64,000 nucleotides of DNA, from the NCBI GenBank assembly GCA_965219445.1, contig CBDCNQ010000004.1, positions 576,001-640,000 of the forward strand. The letters run 5' to 3'. This DNA comes from Longimicrobiales bacterium (GTDB lineage Bacteria > Gemmatimonadota > Gemmatimonadetes > Longimicrobiales > Gaopeijiaceae). Below are positions 28,253-38,401 of this stretch, piece after piece. Each line of letters opens with the position of its first letter. The stretch's first letter is position 1. The notes under the pieces are model-generated. The model did not search any database and was not told the DNA's origin. It saw only the letters and a list, made by a program, of their open reading frames with translations. The translations under genes and the position numbers were made by a program.

Positions 28253-28714
28253 TCATAGGGACACCGAGACTGGAAACCCCGGTAGATCCTGCGGCACGCC
28301 GAATCGGTTCACCGACACCGTACGGGCGTCCTTGTCGCCCGACACCGGACCCAAGGTGATCTCCCACCGATGCTCGGGAAGTAGTCCCTCCGCGCGATCC
28401 GGCCACTCGACCAAAACCAACTCGTCCTGACCGCCGAGCTCCTGCCAACCGAGCTCCCATAATTCGGCGGGATCCGACAAACGATACAGATCCATATGCA
28501 CGACTTGGACACCCCGGCTCGACGGGTATCGAAACATGAGATTGAAGGTCGGCGAGGGGACGGCTCCCTCGACCCCCGCCCCATGTACGATCGACCGAGC
28601 GAGTACCGATTTGCCGGCCCCCAACGGGCCCCGCAGAAGGAGGAACAGCGGCGTGCGCGCCGCCGCGCCAATGGCCTCGCCCCAGCGGATCATCTCCGTC
28701 TCGTTCAGAATCAT
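28253..28714 (-). CDS. tsaE: t6A tRNA modification ATPase TsaE
   Basis: GPLGAGKS, SPTF, HMDLYRL, VEWP. Confidence 0.95.
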   Translation of the reverse strand: MILNETEMIRWGEAIGAAARTPLFLLLRGPLGAGKSVLARSIVHGAGVEGAVPSPTFNLMFRYPSSRGVQVVHMDLYRLSDPAELWELGWQELGGQDELVLVEWPDRAEGLLPEHRWEITLGPVSGDKDARTVSVNRFGVPQDLPGFPVSVSL

Positions 28715-28726
28715 CCGATCCCCCTA

Positions 28727-29029
28727 GAAGGGTGTTGAAGGAGTACAGTGGGCCGCGTTGCGGATGCCACGGCCCCAGATCCTAGGCGGAGCGACGACGC
28801 CATAGCATTCGCTATGGCTAGGAGCTCCAACAACGGAGATGAGGCCGTGCCACCGCAACCCTTCAACGTGTGAGGTCATGTCATTCATGGTCGTGGGCAC
28901 AGGGCGGTTGTGCGGTTGATCCTGCGTCTCTCCTCCTCACCGTAGCGTTGCTACGCCTCGTCGTCGTTCCTTGTCTGAACGCGCACAAGCGCCCTGTGCG
29001 CGACCCGCTGTACTCCTTCAACAGCCTTC
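28727..29029. mobile_element. MITE-like element, copy B (complete, 303 bp)
   Basis: 26-bp TIRs with 2 mismatches (28727-28752 and 29004-29029); no credible protein; fills the uvrB-tsaE spacer; no target duplication evident. Confidence 0.88.
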
Positions 29030-29038
29030 ACCACGGAA

Positions 29039-31027
29039 TCACCGAACCGTGGCCCTCAGTTCGAAGACCTGGTCCCTCAAGATCGCGGCTCGCTCGAAGT
29101 CCATCAGCTCGGCAGCCTCCGCCATCTCCTGCTCCAAGATCTTGAGAAATTCCTCTGTGTTGACCTCGTCGGCGTACCGAGCCTTGGGTTCCGACACTCG
29201 TCCCACGGGTTTTTGTCTCGCGTCTGCGACCCGCGTCGTAAACTCGATCTGTTGGACACTCTTCCGAATCGTCTCAGGCGTGATGCCGTGTTCTTGATTG
29301 TGCGCCAGCTGGATCTCCCGACGCCGATTCGTTTCGTCCATGCAGATCCGCATGGACGAAGTCATCTTGTCCGCATACAAGATGGCCTTGCCGTCGACGT
29401 TGCGCGCCGCCCGCCCGATCGTCTGGATGAGCGAGCGCGCATCCCGAAGGAATCCCTCCTTATCCGCATCCAGGATCGCCACCAGTGAGACCTCCGGCAG
29501 ATCCAGACCCTCGCGTAGGAGATTGATCCCGACGAGGACATCGATCTTCCCCAGCCTCAGATCCCTCAGGATCTTCATCCTCTCGATCGTGTCGATGTCG
29601 GAATGCATGTAGCTCACGCGTACCCCGACGGACTGAAGATACTCGGAGAGATCCTCCGCCATGCGTTTCGTGAGCGTCGTTACCAGCACCCGCTCGCCCT
29701 TGGCCTCGCGCTCACGGATCTCGGCGAGAAGATCGTCCACCTGGCCCTTGACCCCTCGCACGTGGACCGAGGGGTCCACCAGTCCGGTCGGGCGGATGAT
29801 CTGCTCCACGACCACACCGCCTGAGCGCTCCAGCTCCCAGTCGCCCGGCGTCGCCGAGACGAACACCGCCCGATGGATCAGCGAGTCCCACTCGTCGAAC
29901 TGGAGCGGACGGTTGTCGAGAGCGCTCGGAAGCCGAAATCCATGCTCTATCAACGTTTCCTTGCGGGACCGATCCCCTCTGTACATCCCGTGGAGTTGTG
30001 GCACGGAGGCATGCGACTCATCGGCCACGAGCAGGAAGTCCTCCGGAAAGTAGTCGATCAGGCACGCTGGACGTTCTCCGGGCCGCCGACCGCTGGTGTA
30101 GAGCGAGTAATTCTCGATGCCGGGACACATTCCGATCTCGAGCATCATCTCGATATCGAAGTTCGTCCGACTCTCGATGCGTTGGGCCTCCAGGAGTTGC
30201 CCGGCGGCCTCAAACGCGGCGACCCGCTCTTTCATCTCGGCCCGAATGCGGGGCACCATCTCCTCGATCACCTCTCGGCGGGTCACGTAGTGACTGGCCG
30301 GATAGACGGACGCCCGCTCCATCGGCGTGACCGTCTCCCCCGTTAGCGGTTCGAAGCGGGTGATCCGTTCGATTTCGTCGCCCCATAACTCCACACGAAT
30401 TGCCTGTTCCTCGTAGGCCGGGAAGATCTCGACCGTATCGCCCCGGACGCGAAACGTACCTCGTTCGAACTCGTAGTCGTTGCGACGATATTGAATTCCG
30501 ACGAGCGCCTTGAGAATTTCCCGCCGCCCTATCTTCTGGCCCACGCCGAGATGCAACATGAGCGAGCGGTAGTTCATCGGATTTCCCAACCCGTAGATAC
30601 AGGATACGGAAGCGACGACGATGACGTCCTCACGCTCCATCAGCGACGACGTCGCGCGCAGGCGAAGCCGTTCGATGTCCTCATTGATGGTGGCGTCCTT
30701 CTCGATGTAGGTATCCGTAGAGGGGACGTAAGCTTCCGGCTGGTAGTAGTCGTAATACGAGATGAAGTATTCGACGGCGTTGCTGGGGAAGAGCGCCTTG
30801 AACTCCCCGTAAAGTTGTGCCGCAAGCGTCTTGTTATGTGACGTGACGAGCGTGGGTCGGCCGTACTCGGCGATCACATGGGCAATCGAAAACGTCTTCC
30901 CGGTGCCCGTGGCCCCAAGGAGGGTTTGGAACCGATCCCCACGGGCGAGCCCCTCGCTCAACTCGGCGATGGCGGAGGGTTGATCCCCTTGGGGTTCGTA
31001 CGTGGAGGACAGATCGAATTGCGGCAT
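29039..31027 (-). CDS. uvrB: excinuclease ABC subunit B
   Basis: [34 protein letters not shown]-terminal UVR motif FERAAILRD. Confidence 0.98.
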   Translation of the reverse strand: MPQFDLSSTYEPQGDQPSAIAELSEGLARGDRFQTLLGATGTGKTFSIAHVIAEYGRPTLVTSHNKTLAAQLYGEFKALFPSNAVEYFISYYDYYQPEAYVPSTDTYIEKDATINEDIERLRLRATSSLMEREDVIVVASVSCIYGLGNPMNYRSLMLHLGVGQKIGRREILKALVGIQYRRNDYEFERGTFRVRGDTVEIFPAYEEQAIRVELWGDEIERITRFEPLTGETVTPMERASVYPASHYVTRREVIEEMVPRIRAEMKERVAAFEAAGQLLEAQRIESRTNFDIEMMLEIGMCPGIENYSLYTSGRRPGERPACLIDYFPEDFLLVADESHASVPQLHGMYRGDRSRKETLIEHGFRLPSALDNRPLQFDEWDSLIHRAVFVSATPGDWELERSGGVVVEQIIRPTGLVDPSVHVRGVKGQVDDLLAEIREREAKGERVLVTTLTKRMAEDLSEYLQSVGVRVSYMHSDIDTIERMKILRDLRLGKIDVLVGINLLREGLDLPEVSLVAILDADKEGFLRDARSLIQTIGRAARNVDGKAILYADKMTSSMRICMDETNRRREIQLAHNQEHGITPETIRKSVQQIEFTTRVADARQKPVGRVSEPKARYADEVNTEEFLKILEQEMAEAAELMDFERAAILRDQVFELRATVR

Positions 31028-31078
31028 TGCTGGTACGGTGGCTCGGGCGGCTTCCTGGCTGTAGCCTCGGACCGCTTC

Positions 31079-33283
31079 CTAGTTGAGGTCCGGATCGTGA
31101 GAGGCATCCTGCCGGTCCACCTGGACCACCCCTTTCACCTCGCGAATCGCCTTGATGACCTTGGTGAGATGAGCCAAGTCCTTCACTTCTACGGAGAACC
31201 TACCGAGCATGCCCCTCTCGACCCCTCTCATGTCGGCCTGGACGATGTCAGTGTCCGTATCACTGATGGCTGTCGCCACATCGGATAGAAGCCCACGCCG
31301 GTCCGTGCCCTCCATGCAGAGGCTCACGTAGAAACGGTCATCCTTCTCGGTGGTCCACTCGATCTCGACACGCCGGTCTTCCGACAGATCGAGTATGTTG
31401 GGGCAGTCCACCTGGTGGATCGACACACCGCGTCCCTGCGTGATGTAGCCCATCACCTGATCCCCGGGGACCGGCTGGCAACACGGGGAATAATGGATCA
31501 TGAGCTTGTCCATGCCCTGGATTCGCACCGCACGGTTCGAGCGACGGATGCGATCGGCGATGCGCTCGAGCTTGGTCGGCGTGCGGTTGACCACATCGTG
31601 CGGGTCCTCATCGGGATAGAGCGACCGTATGACCGCAGTGGGCCCCACGTCCCCTCGGCTGAGCGCGGTCAGCACCTGTTCGAATTCCGCGTATCCGAGG
31701 CTGTGCGCGGCCTCCTTCAATTGGGCCTTGGTCGGCTTGCCCCTACGCGCCTTCTTGATCTCGCGGTCGAACAGATCCGTTCCGAGCTTCAGCGCGGAGT
31801 CGTGCTCTTCCTTCCGGATCCACTGGCGGATGCGCCCGCGTGCGCGGGACGTCCTGACGAACGCTAGCCAATCCGGGCTGGGACGTTGTCTCGCGTCGGT
31901 GATGATCTCAACCGTGTCGCCGTTCTTGAGTTCACGGGAGAGCGGTGAAATCCGACCGTTGACGCGGGCTCCGGCACAGTGGTGGCCGACCTCAGTGTGA
32001 ACCGAATAGGCGAAATCGATAGGCGTGGCACCCGTGGGGAGCTGTTTGACCTCACCCTTGGGCGTGAACATGAAGATCTCGCCCTGGAAGAGGTCCATCC
32101 GAAGGAATTCCATGAACTCCTCCGGCTCACTCGTATCCTTTTGCCAATCGAGCACCTGCCGGAACCAGGTCAGTGCCTCATCGACTTCATCCGCGTCACC
32201 GCCCGGCTCCGCTTGAGTGAGCCCCTCCTTGTAGCGCCAATGAGCCGCGATCCCGTACTCCGCGGTCCGGTGCATCTCATGGCTCCGGATCTGAATCTCG
32301 TATCGGCGTCCCCCGGGTCCGATGACCGTCGTGTGGAGGGACTGATACATGTTGGATTTAGGCGTCGCGATGAAGTCGTGAAATCGCTCCTGAACGGGCG
32401 TCCACTTGTTGTGCATGACGCCTAGCGCGGCGTAACAGTTTTGCACGTCATCGGTTAGCACGCGCATGGCCATCAGGTCGTAGATTTCCTCGTACGGCAG
32501 GTCTCGGCTCACCATCTTGCTGTAGATGGACCAGAGGTGCTTGGGACGCCCAGTCAACTCGGCGGGGACGCCTGCCTCCGCGAGCGCCTCGGCGAGTGGC
32601 GTCTGCATCTCCAGAACCTGCCGCTCTCGCTCTTTTCTTCTTTGACGAACCTTCTTTCTCAGTGCCTCGTACGCTTCCGGCTCGAGGTATTTGAAAGCCG
32701 AGTCCTCGAGTTCCCACCGGATCGCGGCCATTCCGAGGCGATGGGCCAAGGGTGCGTAAATCTCCCTCGTCTCCAGGGCGATCCGGCGCTGCTTTTCCTC
32801 CGTGAGCGCGTCCAGAGTCCGCATGTTGTGGAGACGGTCGGCCAGCTTGACCAAAATGACTCGCGCATCCCGTGCCATCGACAAGAGGAGCTTGCGGTAG
32901 TTCTCGACCTGCTGCTCTGAATTCGAGCGGAATTCCACACGGCCGATCTTGGTGAGCCCGTCGACAATCGTCGCGACGTTCTCGCCAAAGCGCTTTTCGA
33001 TGTCCGACACCGAAACGCCCGTGTCCTCCACGACGTCGTGGACGAGGCCCGAGACCAGGGACTCGGTGTCGAGACCGAACGTCGCGAGGATGGTCGCCAC
33101 TTCGACCGCGTGACTGACGAAATCGTCGCCCGACGCCCTTCGCTGACCCGAGTGGGCCTCCCGTGCCAGATCGTACGCGTCCCGCACGGCGTCGACATCG
33201 AGGCGGTCGGAGTACGCCTCCATAGCCCGTGCCAGGGGCCTCGGAAGTCCACGGATGGTAGCTGTAGCAGTTGCGGTAGCCAT
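31079..33283 (-). CDS. rel: bifunctional (p)ppGpp synthase/hydrolase
   Basis: Intact HD motif (HDVVED), KLADRLHNMRT, YQSLHT, TGS and ACT domains. Confidence 0.96.
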   Translation of the reverse strand: MATATATATIRGLPRPLARAMEAYSDRLDVDAVRDAYDLAREAHSGQRRASGDDFVSHAVEVATILATFGLDTESLVSGLVHDVVEDTGVSVSDIEKRFGENVATIVDGLTKIGRVEFRSNSEQQVENYRKLLLSMARDARVILVKLADRLHNMRTLDALTEEKQRRIALETREIYAPLAHRLGMAAIRWELEDSAFKYLEPEAYEALRKKVRQRRKERERQVLEMQTPLAEALAEAGVPAELTGRPKHLWSIYSKMVSRDLPYEEIYDLMAMRVLTDDVQNCYAALGVMHNKWTPVQERFHDFIATPKSNMYQSLHTTVIGPGGRRYEIQIRSHEMHRTAEYGIAAHWRYKEGLTQAEPGGDADEVDEALTWFRQVLDWQKDTSEPEEFMEFLRMDLFQGEIFMFTPKGEVKQLPTGATPIDFAYSVHTEVGHHCAGARVNGRISPLSRELKNGDTVEIITDARQRPSPDWLAFVRTSRARGRIRQWIRKEEHDSALKLGTDLFDREIKKARRGKPTKAQLKEAAHSLGYAEFEQVLTALSRGDVGPTAVIRSLYPDEDPHDVVNRTPTKLERIADRIRRSNRAVRIQGMDKLMIHYSPCCQPVPGDQVMGYITQGRGVSIHQVDCPNILDLSEDRRVEIEWTTEKDDRFYVSLCMEGTDRRGLLSDVATAISDTDTDIVQADMRGVERGMLGRFSVEVKDLAHLTKVIKAIREVKGVVQVDRQDASHDPDLN

Positions 33284-33363
33284 CCCTGAGCTACCCGAAT
33301 CACGCTCGTCTGTTTCCGGGAACGGCCCGTATCCATACTTAGCTCACGCTCTCGGACTACCCC

Positions 33364-34047
33364 CTATCCCAACCAACCGTCATCGGCCAGGGAAGCGAAT
33401 CGGCCGTCTCCGATCACCACGTGATCGATGACCGAAATCCCCACGTTGCGACCCGCCGCGCTGAGCTGCTTCGTCACAGCATGATCCTCGGCCGAGGGCG
33501 TCGGATCTCCCGAGGGATGATTGTGCACCAGGATGATGGCCGCCGCACTCTCGGTGATCGCGGGGCGAAACACTTCACGAGGGTGGATCAAGGACGCATC
33601 CAGGATACCCCTTGTAATGAAGACCTCCCGGATCACGCTGTGGCGTGCTGAAAGGAGGAGGGCGTGGAACTCTTCCTGCGGGAGGTCGCGGAGGCGCGGT
33701 TCCATACGATCGAACACGTCCCTAGGGCCGCGCACGCGTTCGCCTGGATTACGAATTTCCGCGCTCGCCCGTCGGCCCAGCTCGAGAGCTGCCGTAATCC
33801 GGGCCCCGGTGGCGATGCCCACTCCGGGGATCGCTGCGATCGATGACGGTGAAACCGACCCCAGGGCCCGTAGCGAGCCCGACACACTCGCCAGCACGTC
33901 GTCCGCGATTCCGAGAGCAGAAGCCCGGCGGCCCCCGCTTCCCACCAAGAGGGCTACCAGCTCACGACCCGTGAGCGCCTCCGGCCCCAGTGCGTTCAGG
34001 CGCTCACGGGGCCGCTCGCCGGGGGGGAGGTCACCTAGAGAGGGCAT
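33364..34047 (-). CDS. radC: RadC/JAB-domain protein
   Basis: RPRERL, HhH motif, HPREVF, HNHPSGDPTPS.ED, DHVVIG. Confidence 0.93.
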   Translation of the reverse strand: MPSLGDLPPGERPRERLNALGPEALTGRELVALLVGSGGRRASALGIADDVLASVSGSLRALGSVSPSSIAAIPGVGIATGARITAALELGRRASAEIRNPGERVRGPRDVFDRMEPRLRDLPQEEFHALLLSARHSVIREVFITRGILDASLIHPREVFRPAITESAAAIILVHNHPSGDPTPSAEDHAVTKQLSAAGRNVGISVIDHVVIGDGRFASLADDGWLG

Positions 34048-34241
34048 TCATTGAAAATCGCCCCCCGGTGCTCATTCCTTTGGGATTCATCCGATAGGAA
34101 CTCCTCCCACGAGAACTCGTCCGCCGTCAGGTAATCCCATTCGCGCAACGCCTCCAATACCGCCAGCAGTGCCTCCTCTTCGACCCTCACCTCATCGAGT
34201 AGGGTCTCGATGTCATTCCAGGGGTCGCTTCGTCTCGACAT
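34035..34241 (-). CDS. small acidic hypothetical protein (68 aa)
   Basis: Strong GGAGG RBS before ATG; stop overlaps the radC start region; no recognisable motif. Confidence 0.5.
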   Translation of the reverse strand: MSRRSDPWNDIETLLDEVRVEEEALLAVLEALREWDYLTADEFSWEEFLSDESQRNEHRGAIFNECPL

Positions 34242-34321
34242 GGACTTTCCTCCATTATCCGGGCCGTTGAGGACGTAAGAGAGGGGGTGTGGGTGGGCGA
34301 GTGAATGTCCTCACGAGACTA

Positions 34322-34715
34322 CGTGGTGGGCGGAGAGAGGGCTTACCGTCCCGCTCCGGTCAGCGCTTGGCTCTACCGCCTGCGGCGGCAGACTGCCCTG
34401 CGCGGAACGGTAAGTCCCTCTTCATGTCAGCGATTGGGGCGGGCACGAACAGACCGCTCTCCGGGAAACGTTGGCGGGGCGGTGCGCTTTCCCAGCCACC
34501 CCTCCCTCGCCCGCGCGCGGGGAGAGCCTGGGCGTCAAGGTCATTCCCGCCATCTGCCCATGTCGCGCTCAGTGTGGGCTTGGGCGGGTGGGTTCGGCTC
34601 CAGAGAACACGCGCGGGGAGAGGGATCCAGGGTCCTAAGCAGGGCAGTCCGCGGCGAAGCCGTGGAGCGAAGCGCTGACCGGAGGAGGACCGTCGATCCC
34701 TCTCCCACCAGCACG
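34322..34715. repeat. two-module inverted palindromic element (REP/BIME-like)
   Basis: Stem-loop modules 34336-34421 and 34616-34706 share an inverted core (ctccggtcagcgctt, gactgccctgc); termini tggtggg / cccacca. Confidence 0.75.
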
Positions 34716-34729
34716 CGAAAAGGGCGCCG

Positions 34730-37700
34730 CTAGGCCCCCCCGCCATGGCACCTCTTGTACTTTTTGCCCGACCCACACGGACATGGATCATTCCGCCCCG
34801 GTTCCTTGGTGGCGGTCACTGGTGCCCGGACGCGTTCCCCCTCCCCGCGGTTCGTGACCAACTCTCTTGGATCCTGCGGTGAGGGCACACCACCCACCGA
34901 GCCAAGAGGGACGGTTCGACCGAGACCCGGTCCCTCCCCTCGCGCTCTCTGAACCATGCCCAGATCGTCCACTCGGCTTCCGCTACCGGTTGTCTGAGTG
35001 CGATTGCCGGCCGCCGCTGCCGCTTGGGCAATCGCCCCCGTGCTTGCACCTCCGTCCTCCGACGGGCCGGAGTACTGGATTCTCTGGGGCTGGCGCATGG
35101 GCTGGCGCGGCTGCCCGAGCTGGGCCTTGAAGACCAGGTTTCCGACCGTCCCGCGAAGGTCGTTCATGAGGTCCACGAACATTTCGTAGGCCTCCTTCTT
35201 GTATTCGACGAGCGGGTCCTTCTGTCCCCATCCCCGGAACCCGATCGAGGCCTTGAGGTGATCCAGGTCGTAGAGGTGATCCTTCCACTTGCCGTCGATA
35301 ACGCTGAGCATGATGTAGCTGGTGACACCCTCGGCATGCTCCCCGAAACCCTCGATCTTTCGCTGAAACTGTTCGTGGACCGAGTCCACGGCCATCTGCT
35401 GAATTTCGTGCACCTCTAGCCCGTGCTCCGAGTCATTTTCGTCCGGAAGCTCTGCTAGAACGGCGAGGTAATCGAGCGAGATCCGCCGCTTGAGTCCCGC
35501 GAGGTCCCACTCCTCCTCGTGCTCGAAATCCAGGTACTCGTCCGCCGTGGATTGAACCGAGTGCTCGATCATTTCCCACATCTCGCCTTTCAGATCCTCT
35601 CCCCCCTCCAGCGCGAAGAGGCGGCGATCGTAGATGACCTCGCGCTGCTGATTCATCACATCGTCGTAGTCCAGCAGGCGCTTGCGAGACTCGAAGTTGT
35701 TCCCCTCCACCCTCTTCTGAGCGGTCTCGATGGAGCGGGTCACCAGAGGGTGCGTGATGACCTCTCCCTCGGAGGCGCCCAACTTGTCCATGGCGTTTGC
35801 CAGGCGGTCGCCGACGAACAGCCGCATCAGGTCGTCTTCCACCGAGATGAAGAACTGGGAAGCCCCGGGATCGCCCTGGCGGCCGGAACGGCCGCGAAGC
35901 TGACGGTCGATCCTTCGGGACTCGTGCCGCTCAGACCCGAGGATGTGGAGCCCGCCCACCTGAATGACGTAGTCGTCGGGTTTACCCTCGAAATCTATCT
36001 CGCGCGTAGGATCAACCGGCGCCAACTCCGCGAGATCCAGACCGCGTCTCTTCGCCCACCCCACCGTGCGGGCCTCGACCACACCCTCACCCAGTTTGAT
36101 GTCGGTTCCCCGTCCAGCCATGTTCGTGGCGATCGTCACGGCCCCCGCACGGCCCGCTTCCGCAACGATCTCGGACTCCTGTTTATGCTGTTTGGCGTTC
36201 AAGACGTTGTGCGGGAGCCCACGGCGCTTGAGCATCCGCGAGAGCGTCTCTGAGATTTCGACGTTCGTGGTTCCCACGAGCACGGGGAGCTCCATCGTGT
36301 GGAGCCGCTCGATTTCGTCCATGAGCGCCTGATATTTTTCACTCTTGGTCCGAAAGATCAGGTCGTCACGGTCGTCACGGATGATCGGTCGATTGGTCGG
36401 GATCACGAATACATCGAGCTTATAGATCTGGTGGAACTCGTTCTCCTCGGTCTCCGCCGTTCCGGTCATTCCGGCCAGCTTTTCGTACATCCGGAAGTAG
36501 TTCTGGATGGTGATCGTGGCGAGCGTCTGGGTCTCGCCCTTGATCTCCACGCCTTCCTTGGCCTCCACCGCCTGATGGAGCCCGTCGCTCCAACGCCGGC
36601 CGGACATTTGGCGACCGGTAAACTCGTCGACGATCACGATCTCCCCGCCTTCACCGATGATGTACTTCTCGTCCTTCTGGAAGAGGGTGTATGCCTTCAG
36701 AAGCTGATGGATGATGTGGATTTTCTCGCTCTTGGTGGCGTACTCGGCCTCGAGCCGTGACCTCATCTCCCGCTTGGCGTCGACCGACCGAAATTCGTCT
36801 TCCTCGATGGTGCCCATCGCCTCGGACAGGTCGGGGACAACGAAGGCATCCGGGTCTCCCGGGGAGAGTTCGTCGAGACCCGCATCGGAGAGGTGGACAC
36901 TGTGCCCCTTTTCGTCCATCGCGAAGTAGAGCAGTTCGTCGACTTCGAACAGGCGCTTCTCACGCATGTAGTCGCCCTCAACCTTGAGGACGAGCTTCTG
37001 CAGCCCCGGATCGTCGGCAAAGAGCTTGAGAAGACGCTTGTTGCGTGGGCCGCCGCGTTTTGCCGCCAACAGCTTTTCGCCCGCCTCGAACTCGTTGCCG
37101 GCCTCAAGCTCCTTTTCGGCCTCGGCGATGAGTTCGCTCACCACGCGCGTCTGCTTCTTGTACAGGTTACCGACCCGCGCGTTGTACTCCTTGAAGGGAG
37201 TCGAGGTGTCGCGGCCCACCGGACCCGAGATGATGAGCGGGGTGCGTGCCTCGTCGATGAGAATCGAGTCCACTTCGTCGATGATCGCATACCAGTACCG
37301 CCGCTGCACGCGCTGTTCCAGCGCGTGCACCATATTGTCACGGAGATAGTCGAACCCGAATTCATTGTTGGTACCGTAGGTGATGTCCGACGCGTAACCC
37401 GCGGTCCGCTCCGGCGAGTGGGGCTCGTACTTGTCGATGCAATCAACGGTGAGGCCGAGGTAGCTGTAGATGTATCCCATCCACTCGGCGTCCCGCTGCG
37501 CCAGGTAGGTGTTCACCGTCACCAGGTGCGCGCCCTCGCCCACGAGAGCATTGAGGTAGAGCGGCATGGTGGCCACGAGGGTCTTTCCCTCCCCGGTCGC
37601 CATCTCGGCCACCTTGCCCCTGTGCAGTGCGATGGCTCCGACGAGCTGGACGTCGTACGGGACCATGTCCCAGACCATCGTCTGGCCCGTGACCGACACC

Positions 37701-38074
37701 TCAGTGCCCAGGAGGCGGCGGCAGGTTTCCTTGACGGTCGCAAAGGCCTCGGGGAGGATTTCGTCGAGCACATCGGCGGTCTGCGCGACCAGCCGTTCAT
37801 CGAGATCGGCCAGGGCCTCCTGCAGCTCCTGCCGTCTGATTGGATCCTCCGAATGGCGCTTTTCTTCCCGAAGCTCTTCGATCTCGTCCTTGATCTCAGC
37901 GGTGGCCTCGGCGATGTACGCCCTCAATTCCTCCGTCTTGCCCTTGAGCTGCTCGTCAGAGAGCGACTGGTATTCCTCGAACAGCTCGTTGATCTGGTCG
38001 ACCAGCGGCTGGAGCTTCTTCGCCTCGCGGATGTGCCGCGACCCGAGGATCTTCTTTACTACGGCCTTCATCAT
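34730..38074 (-). CDS. secA: preprotein translocase ATPase SecA
   Basis: MATGEGKT, DEVDSILIDEARTPLIISG, ATNMAGRGTDI, C-terminal GRNDPCPCGSGKKYKRCH. Confidence 0.98.
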   Translation of the reverse strand: MMKAVVKKILGSRHIREAKKLQPLVDQINELFEEYQSLSDEQLKGKTEELRAYIAEATAEIKDEIEELREEKRHSEDPIRRQELQEALADLDERLVAQTADVLDEILPEAFATVKETCRRLLGTEVSVTGQTMVWDMVPYDVQLVGAIALHRGKVAEMATGEGKTLVATMPLYLNALVGEGAHLVTVNTYLAQRDAEWMGYIYSYLGLTVDCIDKYEPHSPERTAGYASDITYGTNNEFGFDYLRDNMVHALEQRVQRRYWYAIIDEVDSILIDEARTPLIISGPVGRDTSTPFKEYNARVGNLYKKQTRVVSELIAEAEKELEAGNEFEAGEKLLAAKRGGPRNKRLLKLFADDPGLQKLVLKVEGDYMREKRLFEVDELLYFAMDEKGHSVHLSDAGLDELSPGDPDAFVVPDLSEAMGTIEEDEFRSVDAKREMRSRLEAEYATKSEKIHIIHQLLKAYTLFQKDEKYIIGEGGEIVIVDEFTGRQMSGRRWSDGLHQAVEAKEGVEIKGETQTLATITIQNYFRMYEKLAGMTGTAETEENEFHQIYKLDVFVIPTNRPIIRDDRDDLIFRTKSEKYQALMDEIERLHTMELPVLVGTTNVEISETLSRMLKRRGLPHNVLNAKQHKQESEIVAEAGRAGAVTIATNMAGRGTDIKLGEGVVEARTVGWAKRRGLDLAELAPVDPTREIDFEGKPDDYVIQVGGLHILGSERHESRRIDRQLRGRSGRQGDPGASQFFISVEDDLMRLFVGDRLANAMDKLGASEGEVITHPLVTRSIETAQKRVEGNNFESRKRLLDYDDVMNQQREVIYDRRLFALEGGEDLKGEMWEMIEHSVQSTADEYLDFEHEEEWDLAGLKRRISLDYLAVLAELPDENDSEHGLEVHEIQQMAVDSVHEQFQRKIEGFGEHAEGVTSYIMLSVIDGKWKDHLYDLDHLKASIGFRGWGQKDPLVEYKKEAYEMFVDLMNDLRGTVGNLVFKAQLGQPRQPMRQPQRIQYSGPSEDGGASTGAIAQAAAAAGNRTQTTGSGSRVDDLGMVQRARGEGPGLGRTVPLGSVGGVPSPQDPRELVTNRGEGERVRAPVTATKEPGRNDPCPCGSGKKYKRCHGGGA

Positions 38075-38122
38075 GCTCAATAGATTTTCGCCCGTCCGAG
38101 AGTGCTCCTGGGTGACACGGTT

Positions 38123-38341
38123 TCACCCCTTCTGGCCCGCGCTTACCCCCAAGCCAATAAACTTGTACCAAAAGCGTTCGTGCAGGTAGTAGAGCAACAT
38201 CTTTACGAAGAGTTCGACCGTGCCCACCTCGAGCCCTACCGTCCAGTCGCCGGTCACCCACCACGCGATGAACACCGTTGCCGTCGTAGCCACGCCCCTC
38301 CACGTCACTGCTTTGATCGCGTGCCTCTTACGTGAAATCAT
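38123..38341 (-). CDS. DUF2061 family small membrane protein
   Basis: KAVTWRGVAT...KMLLYYLHERFW signature, GGGAGA RBS. Confidence 0.85.
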   Translation of the reverse strand: MISRKRHAIKAVTWRGVATTATVFIAWWVTGDWTVGLEVGTVELFVKMLLYYLHERFWYKFIGLGVSAGQKG

Positions 38342-38401
38342 TGATCTCCCATCTCGCTTTGGTCGTGATCGTGGGCCCGGCACCGGGGCACACGTACCTG
38401 T

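Noticed and set aside
28870..29297. ORFs starting inside the MITE (also 219-899)
   Set aside because: They run antisense into uvrB or comB and show no transposase motifs.
33364..34047. radC as a marker of a mobile or defence island
   Set aside because: Full-length chromosomal type among core genes; no integrase or defence genes nearby.
34289..34791. 129-143 aa ORFs across the secA-radC spacer
   Set aside because: Arg/Gly/Pro-rich, no RBS or motif; the region is better explained by the palindromic element.
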